Origin: Pristiophorus japonicus
Taxonomy: Eukaryota
Direction: 5' to 3'
DNA length: 64,000 nt
NCBI RefSeq assembly: GCF_044704955.1
Contig: NC_091985.1
Location: forward strand, 203,298,001-203,362,000
The notes under the pieces are model-generated. The model had not been told where the DNA came from. It saw only the letters and a list, made by a program, of their open reading frames with translations, and did no database searches. The translations under genes and the position numbers were made by a program. Numbering within the stretch: position 1 is the stretch's first letter; every line of letters starts with the position of its first letter. Positions 41,160-53,057 of the stretch are shown here, one piece after another.

Positions 41160-41545
41160 GGCAGAGGAGCAGTGAGAGATCGGGGCCCAGGAGCGTCGTG
41201 AGGTGAGGGTTCAGGGCCCAGAAGAGGCGAGAGCCCAGGGGCAGCACGGGCCAGCCCACACTGGGATCTATGGATAGTAGGAGCATGTGTGCGCACTAGG
41301 TCCGTGCAGCAGAGTCTTGGTTAACCCTTGCCACTGGATCAAGACCGAGCTCTGTCAAGCCCATGTGGTGGCTGGTGTACAACGGCCACCCCATGTTAAA
41401 AGAATCCATGCACAGGCATTTTCCACCCTTCAGTATGGAGTTTGGGACCTAGAATGTCAGTTCCCTCATTGAAACACCTGTGAACTCATGTATTTTTGGT
41501 GTGGAAGTGGGTCATCCTCGATTCGAGGGACGGCCTAATACTATA
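41160..41545 (+). mobile_element. Non-autonomous RTE-derived retroposon
   Basis: Homologue of 1-370; contains MEFGT*NV (GTWNV endonuclease start) at 41435 and an RTE 3' tail. Confidence 0.7.
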
Positions 41546-42109
41546 CTATCATTTTTGAGCCTTTTCTCCTTTCTGACTCCAGATTATTTCAGTTCTCAGA
41601 CCTTCGGTTACTCTCCGGGACAAGTCCCAGCTTCCCATACCTTCCAGAGTGCCTCTCCTAGCCTTGATATCCAGGGAAGGTATCGGTAACACGCCCGAGA
41701 TCACTGAACACAAAACCCAGTCTGTTAATCACTTTCAGTTGCTGGACTTAGTGTGTACCCCACAGCATCTCTCTCACCTTCGATGTGTGATTGGAGCATC
41801 ACGCCTGCAAACCTGGGTTCAATTTAAATTTGAATCCATTCAGCAATTGTATTTTTTTTTAAAAACTACATACAAGTATACAGATCACATCAAATAATTG
41901 GCAATGATTTAGTGTCAACAAGATGAACAAGTAAACACATCACGGCCCACTACTCCAGCTCTATAATCACAGGAGAAAGTCTGTTATCTTACTCCTCAAG
42001 TGATAGAGAAAGATCAGGACTCTAAGAACATCTAGAATCTGTTGTAAATATATTTCAAATCCTCACTGGTACAACCTGTCTATCTCTTTTCAATTGAAGT
42101 GAATGGAAG

Positions 42110-42396
42110 ATGAGGAGGGGTTAGAGAGTAGGGGTGAAAGAGGAAATGGGGGTGAGGAGGGTTGGAGAGGAGGGAGGGGGTTTGGAGAGTAGGGGTGAAA
42201 GAGGAGTTGCGGTGAGGGGTTTGGAGAGTTGGGGTGAGGGGGGTTGGAGAGTAGGGAGGGGGATTGGAGAGTTGGGGTTAAAGAGGAGTTGGGGTGAGGG
42301 GTTTGGAGAGTTGGGGTGAGGGGGGTTGGAGAGTTGGGGTGAGGGAGGGTTGGAGAGTTGGGGTGAAAGAGGAGTTGGGGTGAGGGAGGGTTGGAG
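42110..42396. repeat. G-rich ~20-25-bp tandem repeat (resumes at 44175-44300)
   Basis: ggagagttggggtgagggggtt-like units on both sides of a CR1 insertion. Confidence 0.85.
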
Positions 42397-44172
42397 CGAA
42401 ACACAGAAAATAGATGCAGGAGTAGGCCGTTCGGCCCTTCGAGCCTGCACCACCATTCAATAAGATCGTGGCTGATCATTCACCTCAGTACCCCTTTCCT
42501 GCTTTCTCTCCATACCCCTTGATCCCTTTAGCCGTAAGGGCCATATCTAACTCCCTCTTGAATATATCTCACGAACTGGCCTCAACAACTTTCTGCAGTA
42601 GAGAATTCCACAGGTTAACAACTCTCTGAGTGAAGAGGTTTCTCCTCATCTCGGTCCTAAATGGCTTACTCCTTATCCTTAGACTATGGCCCCTGGTTCT
42701 GGACTTCCCCAACATCAGGAACATTCTTCCTGCCTTTAACCTGTCCAATCCCGTCAGAATTTTATATATTTCTATGAGATCCCCTCTCATTCTTCCAAAC
42801 TCCAGTGAATACAGGCACAGTCGATCCAGTCTCTCCTCATATGACAGCCCAGCCATCCCTGTACTCCTTCAATAGCAAGAATGTCCTTCCTCAGATTAGG
42901 AGACCAAAACTGAACACAATATTCCAAGTGAGGCCTCACAAAGGCCCTGTACAACTGCAGTAAGATCTCCCTGTTTCTATACTCACATCCCCTAGCTATG
43001 AAGGCCAAAGTGCCATTTGCCTTCTTCACCGCCTGCTGTAGCTGCATGTCAACTTTCAATGACTGATGTACCATGACACCCAGGTCTCATTCCACCTCCC
43101 CTTTTCCTAATCTGCCGCCATTCAGCTAATATTCTGCCTTCCTGTTTTTGCCACCAAAGTGGATAACCTCACATTTATCCACATTAGACTGCATCTGCCA
43201 TGCATTTGCCCACTCACCTAACCTATCCAAGTCACCCTGCAGCCTCCTCACAGCTCACACTGCCACCCAGCTTAGTGTCATCTGCAAAGTTGGAGATATT
43301 ACACTCAATTCGTTCATCTAAATCATTGATGTATATTGTAAATAGCTGGGGTCCCAGCACTGAGCCCCGTGGCACCCCACTAGTCACTGCCTGCCATTCT
43401 GAAAAGGATCCTTTTATCCCGACTCTCTGCTTCCTGTCTGACAACCAGTTCTCTATCCACGTTAATACATTATCTCCAATACCATATGCTTTAATTTTGC
43501 ACACTAATCTCTCGTGTGGGACCTTATCAAAAGCCTTTTGAAAGTCCAAATACACCACATCCACTGGTTCTCCCTTGTCCACTCTACTAGTTACATACTC
43601 AAAAAATTCTAGAAGATTTGGCAAGCATGATTTCCTTTTCATAAATCCATGCTGACTTGGACCGATCCTGTCACTGCTTTCCAAATGCGCTGCTATTTCA
43701 TCTAAATAATTGATTCCAACATTTTCCCCACCGCCGATGTCAGGCTAACCGGTCTCTAATTCCCTGTTTTCTCTCACCCTTCTTTTTTAAAAAGTGGAGT
43801 TACATTAGCTACCCTCCAGTCCATAGGAACTGATCCAGAGTCGATAGACTGTTGGAAAATGATCACCAATGCATCCACTATTTCTAGGGCCACTTCTTTA
43901 AGTACTCAGGGATGCAGACTATCAGGCCCTGGGGATTTATCGGCCTTCAATCCCATCAATTTCCCTAACACAATTTCCTGACTAATAAGGATTTCCTTCA
44001 GTTCCTCCTTCTCACTAGACCCTCAGTCTCCTAGTATTTCCAGAATGTTATTTGTGTCTTCCTTCCTGAAGACAGTGCCAAAATATTTGTTCCATTGGTC
44101 TGCCATTTCATTGTTCCCCATTATAAATTAAACTGATTCTGACTGCAAGGGACCTACGTTTGTCTTCAATTT
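42397..44172 (-). mobile_element. CR1 LINE, 5'-truncated
   Basis: ORFs 43232-43684 (YLDFQKAFDKV, FADDTK), 42787-43074 and 42569-42856. Confidence 0.95.
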
Positions 44173-44299
44173 CAGGGGTGAAACAGGAGTTAGGCTGAGG
44201 GGGCGGTGTTGGAGAGTAGGGATGAAAAAGGAGTTGAGGTTAGGGAGTTGGAGAGTACTAGTGAAAGAAGAGTTGGGGTGGAGGGTGAATGGAGAGGAG

Positions 44300-44672
44300 A
44301 TGTAACGTAGGAAATGCCGCAGCCAATTTGTGAACAGCAAGATCCCATAAACAGCAATGTAATGATGACAAGATAATCCATTCTCAGTGATGTTAGTTGA
44401 GGGATACACATTGGCCAGGACACCGTGGAGAACTCCACCTGATCTTCCTCAGAATCGTGGCCGTGGGATCTTTTACATCCAACTTAGGGACTAGACAGGG
44501 CATTGGTTCAATGTCTCCTCTGAAAGATGGCACCTCTGACAGTGCAGCACTCCCTCTGTATTGGCACCTGGAGTCTCGGCCTAGATTATGGGCTCGGGTC
44601 TCTGGATTGGGAATTGAACCCCCGATCCCCAGACTCAGGGCCGAGAGTGGTACCACTGAGCCAAGGCTGACA
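44300..44672 (-). mobile_element. tRNA-derived Deu-domain SINE (SacSINE1-like)
   Basis: - strand: A box TGGCTCAGTGG, B box GGTTCAATTCC, then the Deu-like core gagggagtgctgcactgtcagaggtgcc...gatgtaaaagatccc. Confidence 0.8.
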
Positions 44673-44784
44673 TGATCTGTTCCCTGTTCCCATTACACTA
44701 GACCGTGCCTATGTTATTACACTAACCCCACCCATTCTTACTGCAGTGGACCTTCACTGTGTTATTAGACATTCGGCAAAGCAT

Positions 44785-45262
44785 TTACTACAACAACAAA
44801 ACAACCAGAACTTACATTAATATAGCGCCTTTAATGCAGTGAAACATCCCAGAGTGCTTAACAAAATCGATTCAATAAGAAAACATTTTTGACACAGAGC
44901 CACAGAGAAAGATATCAGGACAGATTCTCAAAAGTTTGATCGAAGAGGTAGTTTTTAAGAAGAATCTTGAAAGAGGAGGTGGAGATTTAGGGGGAATTCC
45001 AAAACTTAGAGCCTCGGCAGCTGAAGGCACGGCCGCCAATGGTGGAGCGATTAAAATCGGGGATGACCAAAAGGACAGATTTGGAGGAGCAGAGAATTCG
45101 TTGGGTTGTGGGGCTGGAGGAGATTACAGAGATAGGGAGGGGCGAGGTCATGGAGAGTTTTGAAACCAAAGATTATAATTTTAAAATTGAGGCTTTGCTT
45201 AACCGGGCGCCAATGTAGGTCAGTGAGCACAGGGGTGATGGGTGAATGAGAATATAGCAATA
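44785..45262 (-). mobile_element. L2-clade LINE 3' fragment
   Basis: HSPITPVLTDLHW...LAPPYL...GGRAFS...WNS (L2 ORF2 C-terminus); GGCGCTATA tail. Confidence 0.85.
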
Positions 45263-45759
45263 GGCTCTGACTTGCACACACTATTAGATGAGACCCAATC
45301 TTTGTTTGAGTGCACTAGATATTGCCTGTGTGATCATCACACTAGATCCAGCCTTGTGTTCAGTATAACACTAGAGTCTGCCTCGTTATTATTGGATCCA
45401 GCACTGTCTTTGTTACTCTCACAGTGGGCCATGCATTTGCTGTTATTAATATGGACCCTGTCTCCACTCTTATTGTACGAGACCCTGTCTCTGGAATTGT
45501 TACACTAGACCTGGCCTCTGCGATGATTGGAAAATAACCTGCCCTTGTTGTTCCAGTTCTAGTGCACGTCTCTATTATTATAACTATAGATCTTGTCTCT
45601 GTTGTATTCAGTAGAGTATGTATTGTTCTGGTATTGTTAAAGTAGACCCGGCTTCTGTGAGTGTCACACTATCACCTCTTTCAGTTATTGCAAAAAAACT
45701 GTTTCAATTATTAAAGACTTGTTTCTAGTGTAAAACTAGGCCTTGTCTCAGTTATCAAT

Positions 45760-46880
45760 GCACTATACCCTGTCTCTGTTTATATTACCCTAAACCCTGT
45801 CTGTTTATATTACACCAGACCCTGTCCCTGTTTATATTACACTATACCCTGTCTCTGTTTATATTACACTAGACCCTGTCTGTTTATATTACACTAGGCC
45901 CTGTCTCTGTTTATATTACCCTAGACCCTGTCTGTTTATATTACACTAGGCCCTGTCTCTGTTTATATTACACTAGACCCTGTCCCTGTTTATATTACAC
46001 TAGACCATGTCTCTGTTTATATTACACTAGACCCTGTCTCTGTTTATATTACACTAGGCCCTGTCTCTGTTTATATTACCCTAGACCCTGTCCCTGTTTA
46101 TATTACACCGGACCCTGCCCCTGTTTATATTACACTAGACCATGTCCCTGTTTATATTACACTAGACCATGTCCCTGTTTATATTACACTAGACCATGTC
46201 CCTGTTTATATTACACTAGACCATATCCCTGTTTATATTACACTAGGCCCTGTCTCTGTTTATATTACCCTAGACCCTGTCTGTTTATATTACACTAGGC
46301 CCTGTCTCTGTTTATATTACACCGGACCCTGTCCCTGTTTATATTACACCGGACACTGTCCCTGTTTATATTACATAGGACCCTGTCTCTGTTTATACTG
46401 CACTCGGCCCTGTCTCTGTTTATACTGCACTCGGCCCTGTCTCTGTTTATACTGCACTCGGCCCTGTCTCTGTTAATACTACACTCGGCCCTGTCTCTGT
46501 TTATACTGCACTAGACCCTGTCTCTGTTTATACTGCACTAGACCCTGTCTCTGTTTATACTGCACTAGACCCTGTCTCTGTTTATACTGCACTCGGCCCT
46601 GTCTCTGTTTATACTGCACTCGGCCCTGTCTCTGTTTATACTGCACTCGGCCCTGTCTCTGTTTATACTGCACTCGGCCCTGTCTCTGTTTATACTGCAC
46701 TCGGCCCTGTCTCTGTTTATACTGCACTCGGCCCTGTCTCTGTTTATACTGCACTCGGCCCTGTCTCTGTTTATACTGCACTCGGCCCTGTCTCTGTTTA
46801 TACTGCACTCGGCCCTGTCTCTGTTTATACTGCACTCGGCCCTGTCTCTGTTTATACTGCACTCGGCCCTGTCTCTGTTT
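45760..46880. repeat. 27-bp minisatellite, ~40 copies, with decayed units upstream to ~45270
   Basis: ctagaccctgtctctgtttatattaca units changing to ctcggccctgtctctgtttatactgca. Confidence 0.95.
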
Positions 46881-47871
46881 TTTGACACTCGACCATGTCT
46901 TAGTTATTGCGGCACTAAACAATGTCCACAAATATTGGCAATGGTTTGGGAGGAAACAGTGAAAGTAACAGTCAAGAAATAGAAGACTGGAGACAGAAAT
47001 AGAGCAAATTTTGCTGGATAGTTGCAAGTGTTGCATTCCTTTCCAAACGAAGGATAGAACCAGTGAGAGAATAAGAGATTTATTAACCTCACGGCAGGTT
47101 TAGGTACAGCTTCACTTTTCCCATCACTGGCACCAATCATCACACACCGGAGGTAAATCTCAGGAGCTTCTGTGTGATGGTGAGGTGATCACTGAACAAT
47201 AAAGCTCAGAGACTGGTGGGGGGGCTGCTCATTATCCTCGGTGTGATTTAATCCCCTTTCCCACTGAATACTGCGGACAGATATGGTCACCTTGGTAACA
47301 GAATGGTCAGTGTGACATCACTTTCTAAACAAGAGACATACAAGACAATGGGTTATCAATCAATGGTAAAGGTATTAAACACTCTGCAATTACATTTTAC
47401 ATAAAAGGAAATACAATGCTGGAAAAGAATTGCTGAAGAGAATAATTTATCTCTGGGGAATTGACTAGCAAACATTAAGAATGATGTGTTTTGTTTACAC
47501 ACACACACACAAATATATATATTATAGCAAAGACAGTGTGTGTGCTCTTTTCCATTCTTCTGCTACACCCGAGGTGTTATACTTTCTGTGGACTTTAGGA
47601 GCCTGCGGCAGCCCATCTGGCGGTGCTTACTGGGTCAGGATATAAAGAGACCGAGCGCTGTTCCTCCTCCCACTGCCTGGGGGAATGGGTCAGATATTTA
47701 AAGGGGCAGGGACTCCCCCTTTCTTTGCATATTTATAGTTAAAGGGACAGTCCAGTTTATCTTGGGGTGTCGGAGGACTTCACCAACCGAGCTCCCATTA
47801 ACAGTCGCTCCCTTCTGTACTGTGCGGCGATTGTAAAGCTGTCTATTTCAGTTACTTAAGCCTTTCTAAAT

Positions 47872-48288
47872 TGTGCTGGCCCAATAGGGTGAGCCCGGCT
47901 GGCCCAATAGGGTGAACGCTTGCTGGCCCAATAGGGTGAGCCTGGGTTGGCCCAATAGGGTGAGCCTGAGCTGGCCCAATAGGGTGAGCCTGAGCTGGCC
48001 CAATAGGGTGAGCCTGAGCTGGCCCAATAGGGTGAGACTGTGCTGGCCCAATAGGGTGAGCCCGGTCTGCCCAATAGGGTGAGCCCGGTCTGGTCAAATA
48101 GGGTGAGCCCGTGCTGGCCCAATAGGGTGAGCCCGAGCTGGCCCAATAGGGTGAGCCTGGGCTGGACCAATAGGGTGAGCCCGAGCTGGCCCAATAGGGT
48201 GAGTTTGGGCTGGCCCAATAGGGTGAGCCTGGGCTGGACCAATAGGGTGAGCCTGGGCTGGACCAATAGGGTGAGCCCGGGTTGGACT
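47872..48288 (+). repeat. 24-bp minisatellite with CCAAT, ~17 copies
   Basis: gctggcccaatagggtgagcctga units. Confidence 0.95.
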
Positions 48289-48354
48289 AAAGTCAGCAGA
48301 CAACAATCAATACAACAAGGCTCCCTTTCAGGGGCCACTGACCTGGGCATAAAC

Positions 48355-48520
48355 ATGTGTCCAATCAAACTGACAGACAGCCTGAAGCCCCGCCCACCCC
48401 TTGTCCCTGCCCAAAGGACCGCGCATGCGCCGCGATACCCGCCCTGACCAAGATGGCGGAAGCTGAGTCCGCTCCCCTGCCCTGACCAAGGTGGCGCCCG
48501 CTGAGCCCGCTTTCCCGGGC
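48355..48520 (+). promoter_or_regulatory. CpG-island promoter-like element
   Basis: CCAAT at 48361, CCCCGCCC, GCGCATGCGC at 48421-48430, YY1-type AAGATGGCGG at 48450-48459. Confidence 0.65.
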
Positions 48521-48749
48521 GCTCACTAACTGGGCCTGGAACCGGTGGGCAAATACAGGGCCTGCAGGCTGTGATTCGGGGCCTGGGGCTGAGCCCGGAT
48601 GTGTGTGAAGCGGATGGTGCGGAGTGTTGTCTCTCGGGCCTGGGCCCGCACTCGGTGTGTGTGAAGCCCACGTCCCCCCCGGGGTTTATTAACCCATGGA
48701 ACTATTTGTACTGCACTTTTTTGACTGACAGGCAACAAGCCCCGCCCCC

Positions 48750-48958
48750 TCAGAGAACTGTGGAAGTTGGGTCATTGAATAAATTTAAGACAGAAATAGA
48801 CAGTTTCTTAACCAATAAAGTAATAAGGGGTGATGGGGAGCGGGCAGGGAAGAGGACCTGAGTCCATGATTGGATCAACCATGATCGTATTAAATGACGA
48901 AGCGGGCTCGAGGGGCCATTTGGCCTACTCCTGCTCCTATTTGTTATGTTCTTTATGT
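48750..48958 (+). mobile_element. CR1 3' end fragment
   Basis: VEVGSLNKFKTEIDSFL...GDGERAGK followed by the CR1 3' UTR. Confidence 0.9.
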
Positions 48959-49839
48959 CAAGCTCCCGCCCCCCCATCTCCCCCCCGCCTCCCGGACCAA
49001 ATCATTCCATGCAGATGGTGCCGAGAAGCAGGACTGGGGAGGCATGCACGTGGACGGGGGTAAGGCACTTTGGCTGGAGGGCATGCATTTGGACTGGGGT
49101 AAGGCACTTTGGCTGGGGGGGCATGCATTTGGACTGGGGTAAGGCACTTTGGCTGGTCCTTGCTGACTTCTGGGCAGCTCTGTCCTGTGTTGCTTCAGGA
49201 AGTCAAAGTGGATCAAGTTACAATTTGCAAAGTCAGTGCGACCTTGCGATGGGCTGTTCAGTTACACATTCCTGTGAAACTTCAGGGTGTGGCTTATCCT
49301 CCAAGGGGACCAATTAAAGACAAAGGGAGGAGCATGGTGGCCATTTTTGCAGTACAAATAAGCGCGTCCTTTATTAACCTGCTCCCTCCCTCCGCCCATC
49401 TTTCACCCGCTGCCTCACCCAATGCGCATGCTCAGCTCACACTGCCCGGCTGATTGATGGCAGCTCCCGACCAATAGAAGAGCGGGGGCGGAGCTGGAGG
49501 AATGGGCAGGCAGTTGGCCATCCAACCAATTGGAGTGTGTGTGGGCCGGGGCTTGTGACCCCCGATGGATGGGGCTGAGCCCGGATCTACCTCATTGGCT
49601 TAAACTCTGCCCCATTGTTAAAGCTGGTTTCTCTCAAACTGCAGGAGGATACTGGACCTTTCTGTTGTGATTTTAAACAGATGGAACCATGTGAGGTGGA
49701 GGAAACATTGCAGCATTTGGTAGTGAAATGGATTAATTCAGGCTGGACAGTGGGTATTATTTCAGGAAATAACACAGTGTAGATGTTTCTGTTTAAACAG
49801 ATGGAACCCTGTCGTGGAACAACCACGCTTCTCATGTTC

Positions 49840-50830
49840 TGGTCAACCATGTGCGCAACAAGTGTCGTCATCTGGAGGAGCTCAAGCTCCGGGTTTCGGA
49901 GCTTGAGCAGCAGCGAGTGTCACTGCATCTGTGAGACTGAGAGCTGCGTGGCTAGCACCTTCCAGGAGGTCATCACCTCGCAGCATAAGAGTATGCAGGC
50001 AGAGAGGGAATGGGTGACTGCCAGACAGACATGGAGGACCAGGCAGGTAGTGCAGGAGACCTCGAGTGCATCTCACTCTCTATACTGGTGGTTCCTCAGG
50101 GAGTACAGTCAAGTCCAAGGCTTCATGGGTGGCTCAACTGTATGGGAGAGGGGGGAGGTGCACGGTTAGGAAGGCAATATTGAAAGGGGCTTCAATAGTT
50201 CCGGGGACAGACAGGCCTTTCTGCGGCCGCTGACATAACTCCAGGACGGTAGGTTGTCTTCCTGGTGCCAGAGTCAGGGATGTCATTGAGAGGCTGCAGG
50301 ACATTCTGAGGGGCGAGTGTGAACAGCCAGATTCCTGAGGGGGTGGGGACTGTACAAGCCGGATAAGGTCACATCTCAACAACGCCGGTACCCTTACCTC
50401 CCTGGGGGTTTGCTAATACAGTTGGGGAGGGTTTAAACTTGCTTGGCAGGGGGATGGGAACCTGAGTGTAGATTCAGAAGGGAGAGAAGCAAAGCTTGGA
50501 AATGGGAACAGAAAATTCCTCAATGAGTTTGGTAGGCAGAGGCTAGAATATCAACCACAAAGGAGTTTGACAGTGCTTAATGGTACACACTTCAATGCAA
50601 GAAAGACTAGGGAATAAGGCAGATAAGCTGAGGTGTTGTTACAGCAGTGAGGAGGGATGATATGTTGGCAGGATCATCAAATGAGGCCATATGTGTTGAA
50701 CTGATAAACAAAAAAGGGGCAATCACAATGTTGGGAGTGTACTATAAACAGTCAGAGGGAGATAGAAAAGCAAATATGTAGGAACATTTGAGAATTAGGC
50801 AGCAATAGTCGGAGATATCAACTACCACAG
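49840..50830 (+). mobile_element. CR1 ORF1 / ORF2 5' remnant
   Basis: LEELKLRVSELEQQ coiled coil and IVPGTDRPFCG...CLPGARVRDVIERLQDIL (SGNH esterase-like ORF1), then a YFNAR-like endonuclease start. Confidence 0.8.
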
Positions 50831-51640
50831 AATCAGAGAAATTTATGGTACAAAAGGAGGCCATTCAGCCCACTGTGTTTGTGCCGGTCAAGAAAGAGCT
50901 ATCCCGCCTAATCCCACTTTCCAGCTCTTGCTCCACAGCCTTGTAGGTTATGACACTTCCAGTGCATATCTAAGTATGTTTCAAATGTTGTGAGGGTTTC
51001 TGTGTCTACCACCCTTTCAGGCTATGAGTTCCAGAGCCCCACCACCCTCTGTGTGAAAAGTTTCTCCTCAACTCTCCTCTAAAGCTTCTACCAATTACTT
51101 TAAATCTGTGCCCCCTGGTAATTGACCTCTCTGCAAAGGGAAATAGGTCAGTTCAGAGAAGGTTCACGAGGTTGATTTCGGAGAAGGGGTTGTCATGTGA
51201 AGATAGGTTGAGCAGGTTGGGCCTATACTCATTGAGTTTAGAAGAATGAGAGGTGATCTTATTGAAACGTGTAAGATTCTGAGTAGGCTTGACAGGGTTG
51301 ATGCAGAGAGGATGTTTCCCCTCATGGGGGAATCTAGAACTAGGAGGCATAGTTTCAGAATAAGGGGTCGCCCATTCAAAACGGAAATGAGGAAGAATTT
51401 CACTCTCGGAGGTTCGTGAATCTTTGGAATTCTCTACCCCAGAGAGCTGTGGAGGCTGGGTCATTGAATATATTTAAGGTGGGGATAGACAGATTTTTGA
51501 ATGATAAGGGAGTGAAGGGTTATGGGGAGTGGGAAGGGAAGTGGAGTTGAGGCCAAGATCAGATCAGCCATGATCTTATTGAATGGTGGATCAGGCTCGT
51601 GGAGCCAGATGGCTTATTCCTGCTCCTATTTGTTTGTCTT
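50831..51640. mobile_element. Two CR1 3' fragments (50831-51150 on -, 51150-51640 on +)
   Basis: EFRRMRGDLIET and 3' UTR motifs. Confidence 0.85.
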
Positions 51641-52852
51641 ATAGAAACATCGAAAATAGGTGCAGGAGCAGGCCATTCAGCCCTTCTAGCCTGCACCGCC
51701 ATTCAATGAGTTCATGGCTGAACATGAAACTTCAGTACCCCCTTCCTGCTTTCACGCCATACCCCTTGATCCCTCGAGTAGTAAGGACTTCATCTAACTC
51801 CCTTTTGAATATATTTAGTGAATTGGCCTCAACTACTTCGTGTGGTAGAGAATTCCACAGGTTCACCACTCTCTGGGTGAAGAAGTTTCTCCTTATCTCA
51901 GTCCTAAATGGCTTACCCCTTATCCTTAGACTGTGACCCCTGGTTCTGGACTTCCCCAACATTGGGAACATTCTTCCTGCATCCAACCTGTCCAAACCCA
52001 TCAGAATTTTAAACGTTTCTATGAGGTCCCCTCTCACTCTTCTGAACTCCAGTGAATACAAGCCCAGTTGATCCAGTCTTTCTTGATAGGTCAGTCCCAC
52101 CATCCCGGGAATCAGTCTGGTGAATCTTCGCTGCACTCCCTCAATAGCAAGAATGTCCTTCCTCAAGTTAGGAGACCAAAACTGTACACAATACTCCAGG
52201 TGTGGCCTCACCAAGGCCCTGTACAACTGTAGCAACACCTCCCTGCCCCTCTACTCAAATCCCCTCGCTATGAAGGCCAACATGCCATTTGCTTTCTTAA
52301 CCGCCTGCTGTACCTGCATGCCAACCTTCAATGACTGATGTACCATGACACCCAGGTCTCGTTGCACCTTCCCTTTTCCTAATCTGTCACCATTCAGATA
52401 ATAGTCTGTCTCTCTGTTTTTACCACCAAAGTGGATAACCTCACATTTATCCACATTATACTTCATCTGCCACGCATTTGCCCACTCACCTAACCTATCC
52501 AAGTCACTCTGTAGCCTCATAGCATCCTCCTCGCAGCTCACACTGCCACCCAACTTAGTGTCATCCGCAAATTTGGAGATACAACATTTAATCCCCTCGT
52601 CTAAATCATTAATGTACAATGTAAACAGCTGGGGCCCCAGCACAGAACCCTGCGGTACCCCACTAGTCACTGCCTGCCATTCCGAAAAGTACCCATTTAC
52701 TCCTACTCTTTGCTTCCTGTCTGACAACCAGTTCTCAATCCACGTCAGCACACTACCCCCAATCCCATGTGCTTTAACTTTGCACATTAATCTCCTGTGT
52801 GGGACCTTGTCGAAAGCCTTCTGAAAGTCCAAATATACCACATCAACTGGTA
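51641..52852 (-). mobile_element. Young CR1 LINE, 5'-truncated
   Basis: ORFs 52251-52841 and 51732-52238 separated by a single stop; near-identical to 53800-55015. Confidence 0.97.
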
Positions 52853-53057
52853 CTCATTTATGTTCGTATGTCATTCCTATCCACTCCATCTGGGACCCTT
52901 ATAATTTTGTACACAATTAAGCCTACCCTCAGCCACCACTCTTCCAAAGAAAACAACACCAGCCCACCCAAACTTTCTTCATAGCTCAAATTCTTCAGTC
53001 CAGTTAACATCCTCGTAAATCTCCTTTGTACCCTCTCCAGTGCAATCACATCGTTCT

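Noticed and set aside
44600-44672. tRNA gene
   Set aside because: The A and B boxes belong to the SINE head; no full cloverleaf.
47608-47626. CTCF-like motif CCGCCAGATGGGC (- strand)
   Set aside because: Single imperfect short match, unsupported without binding data.
46479-48447. Repetitive ORFs (KQRQGRVQY, AHPIGP, LTLLGQ)
   Set aside because: Products of 27- and 24-bp minisatellites whose lengths are multiples of three.
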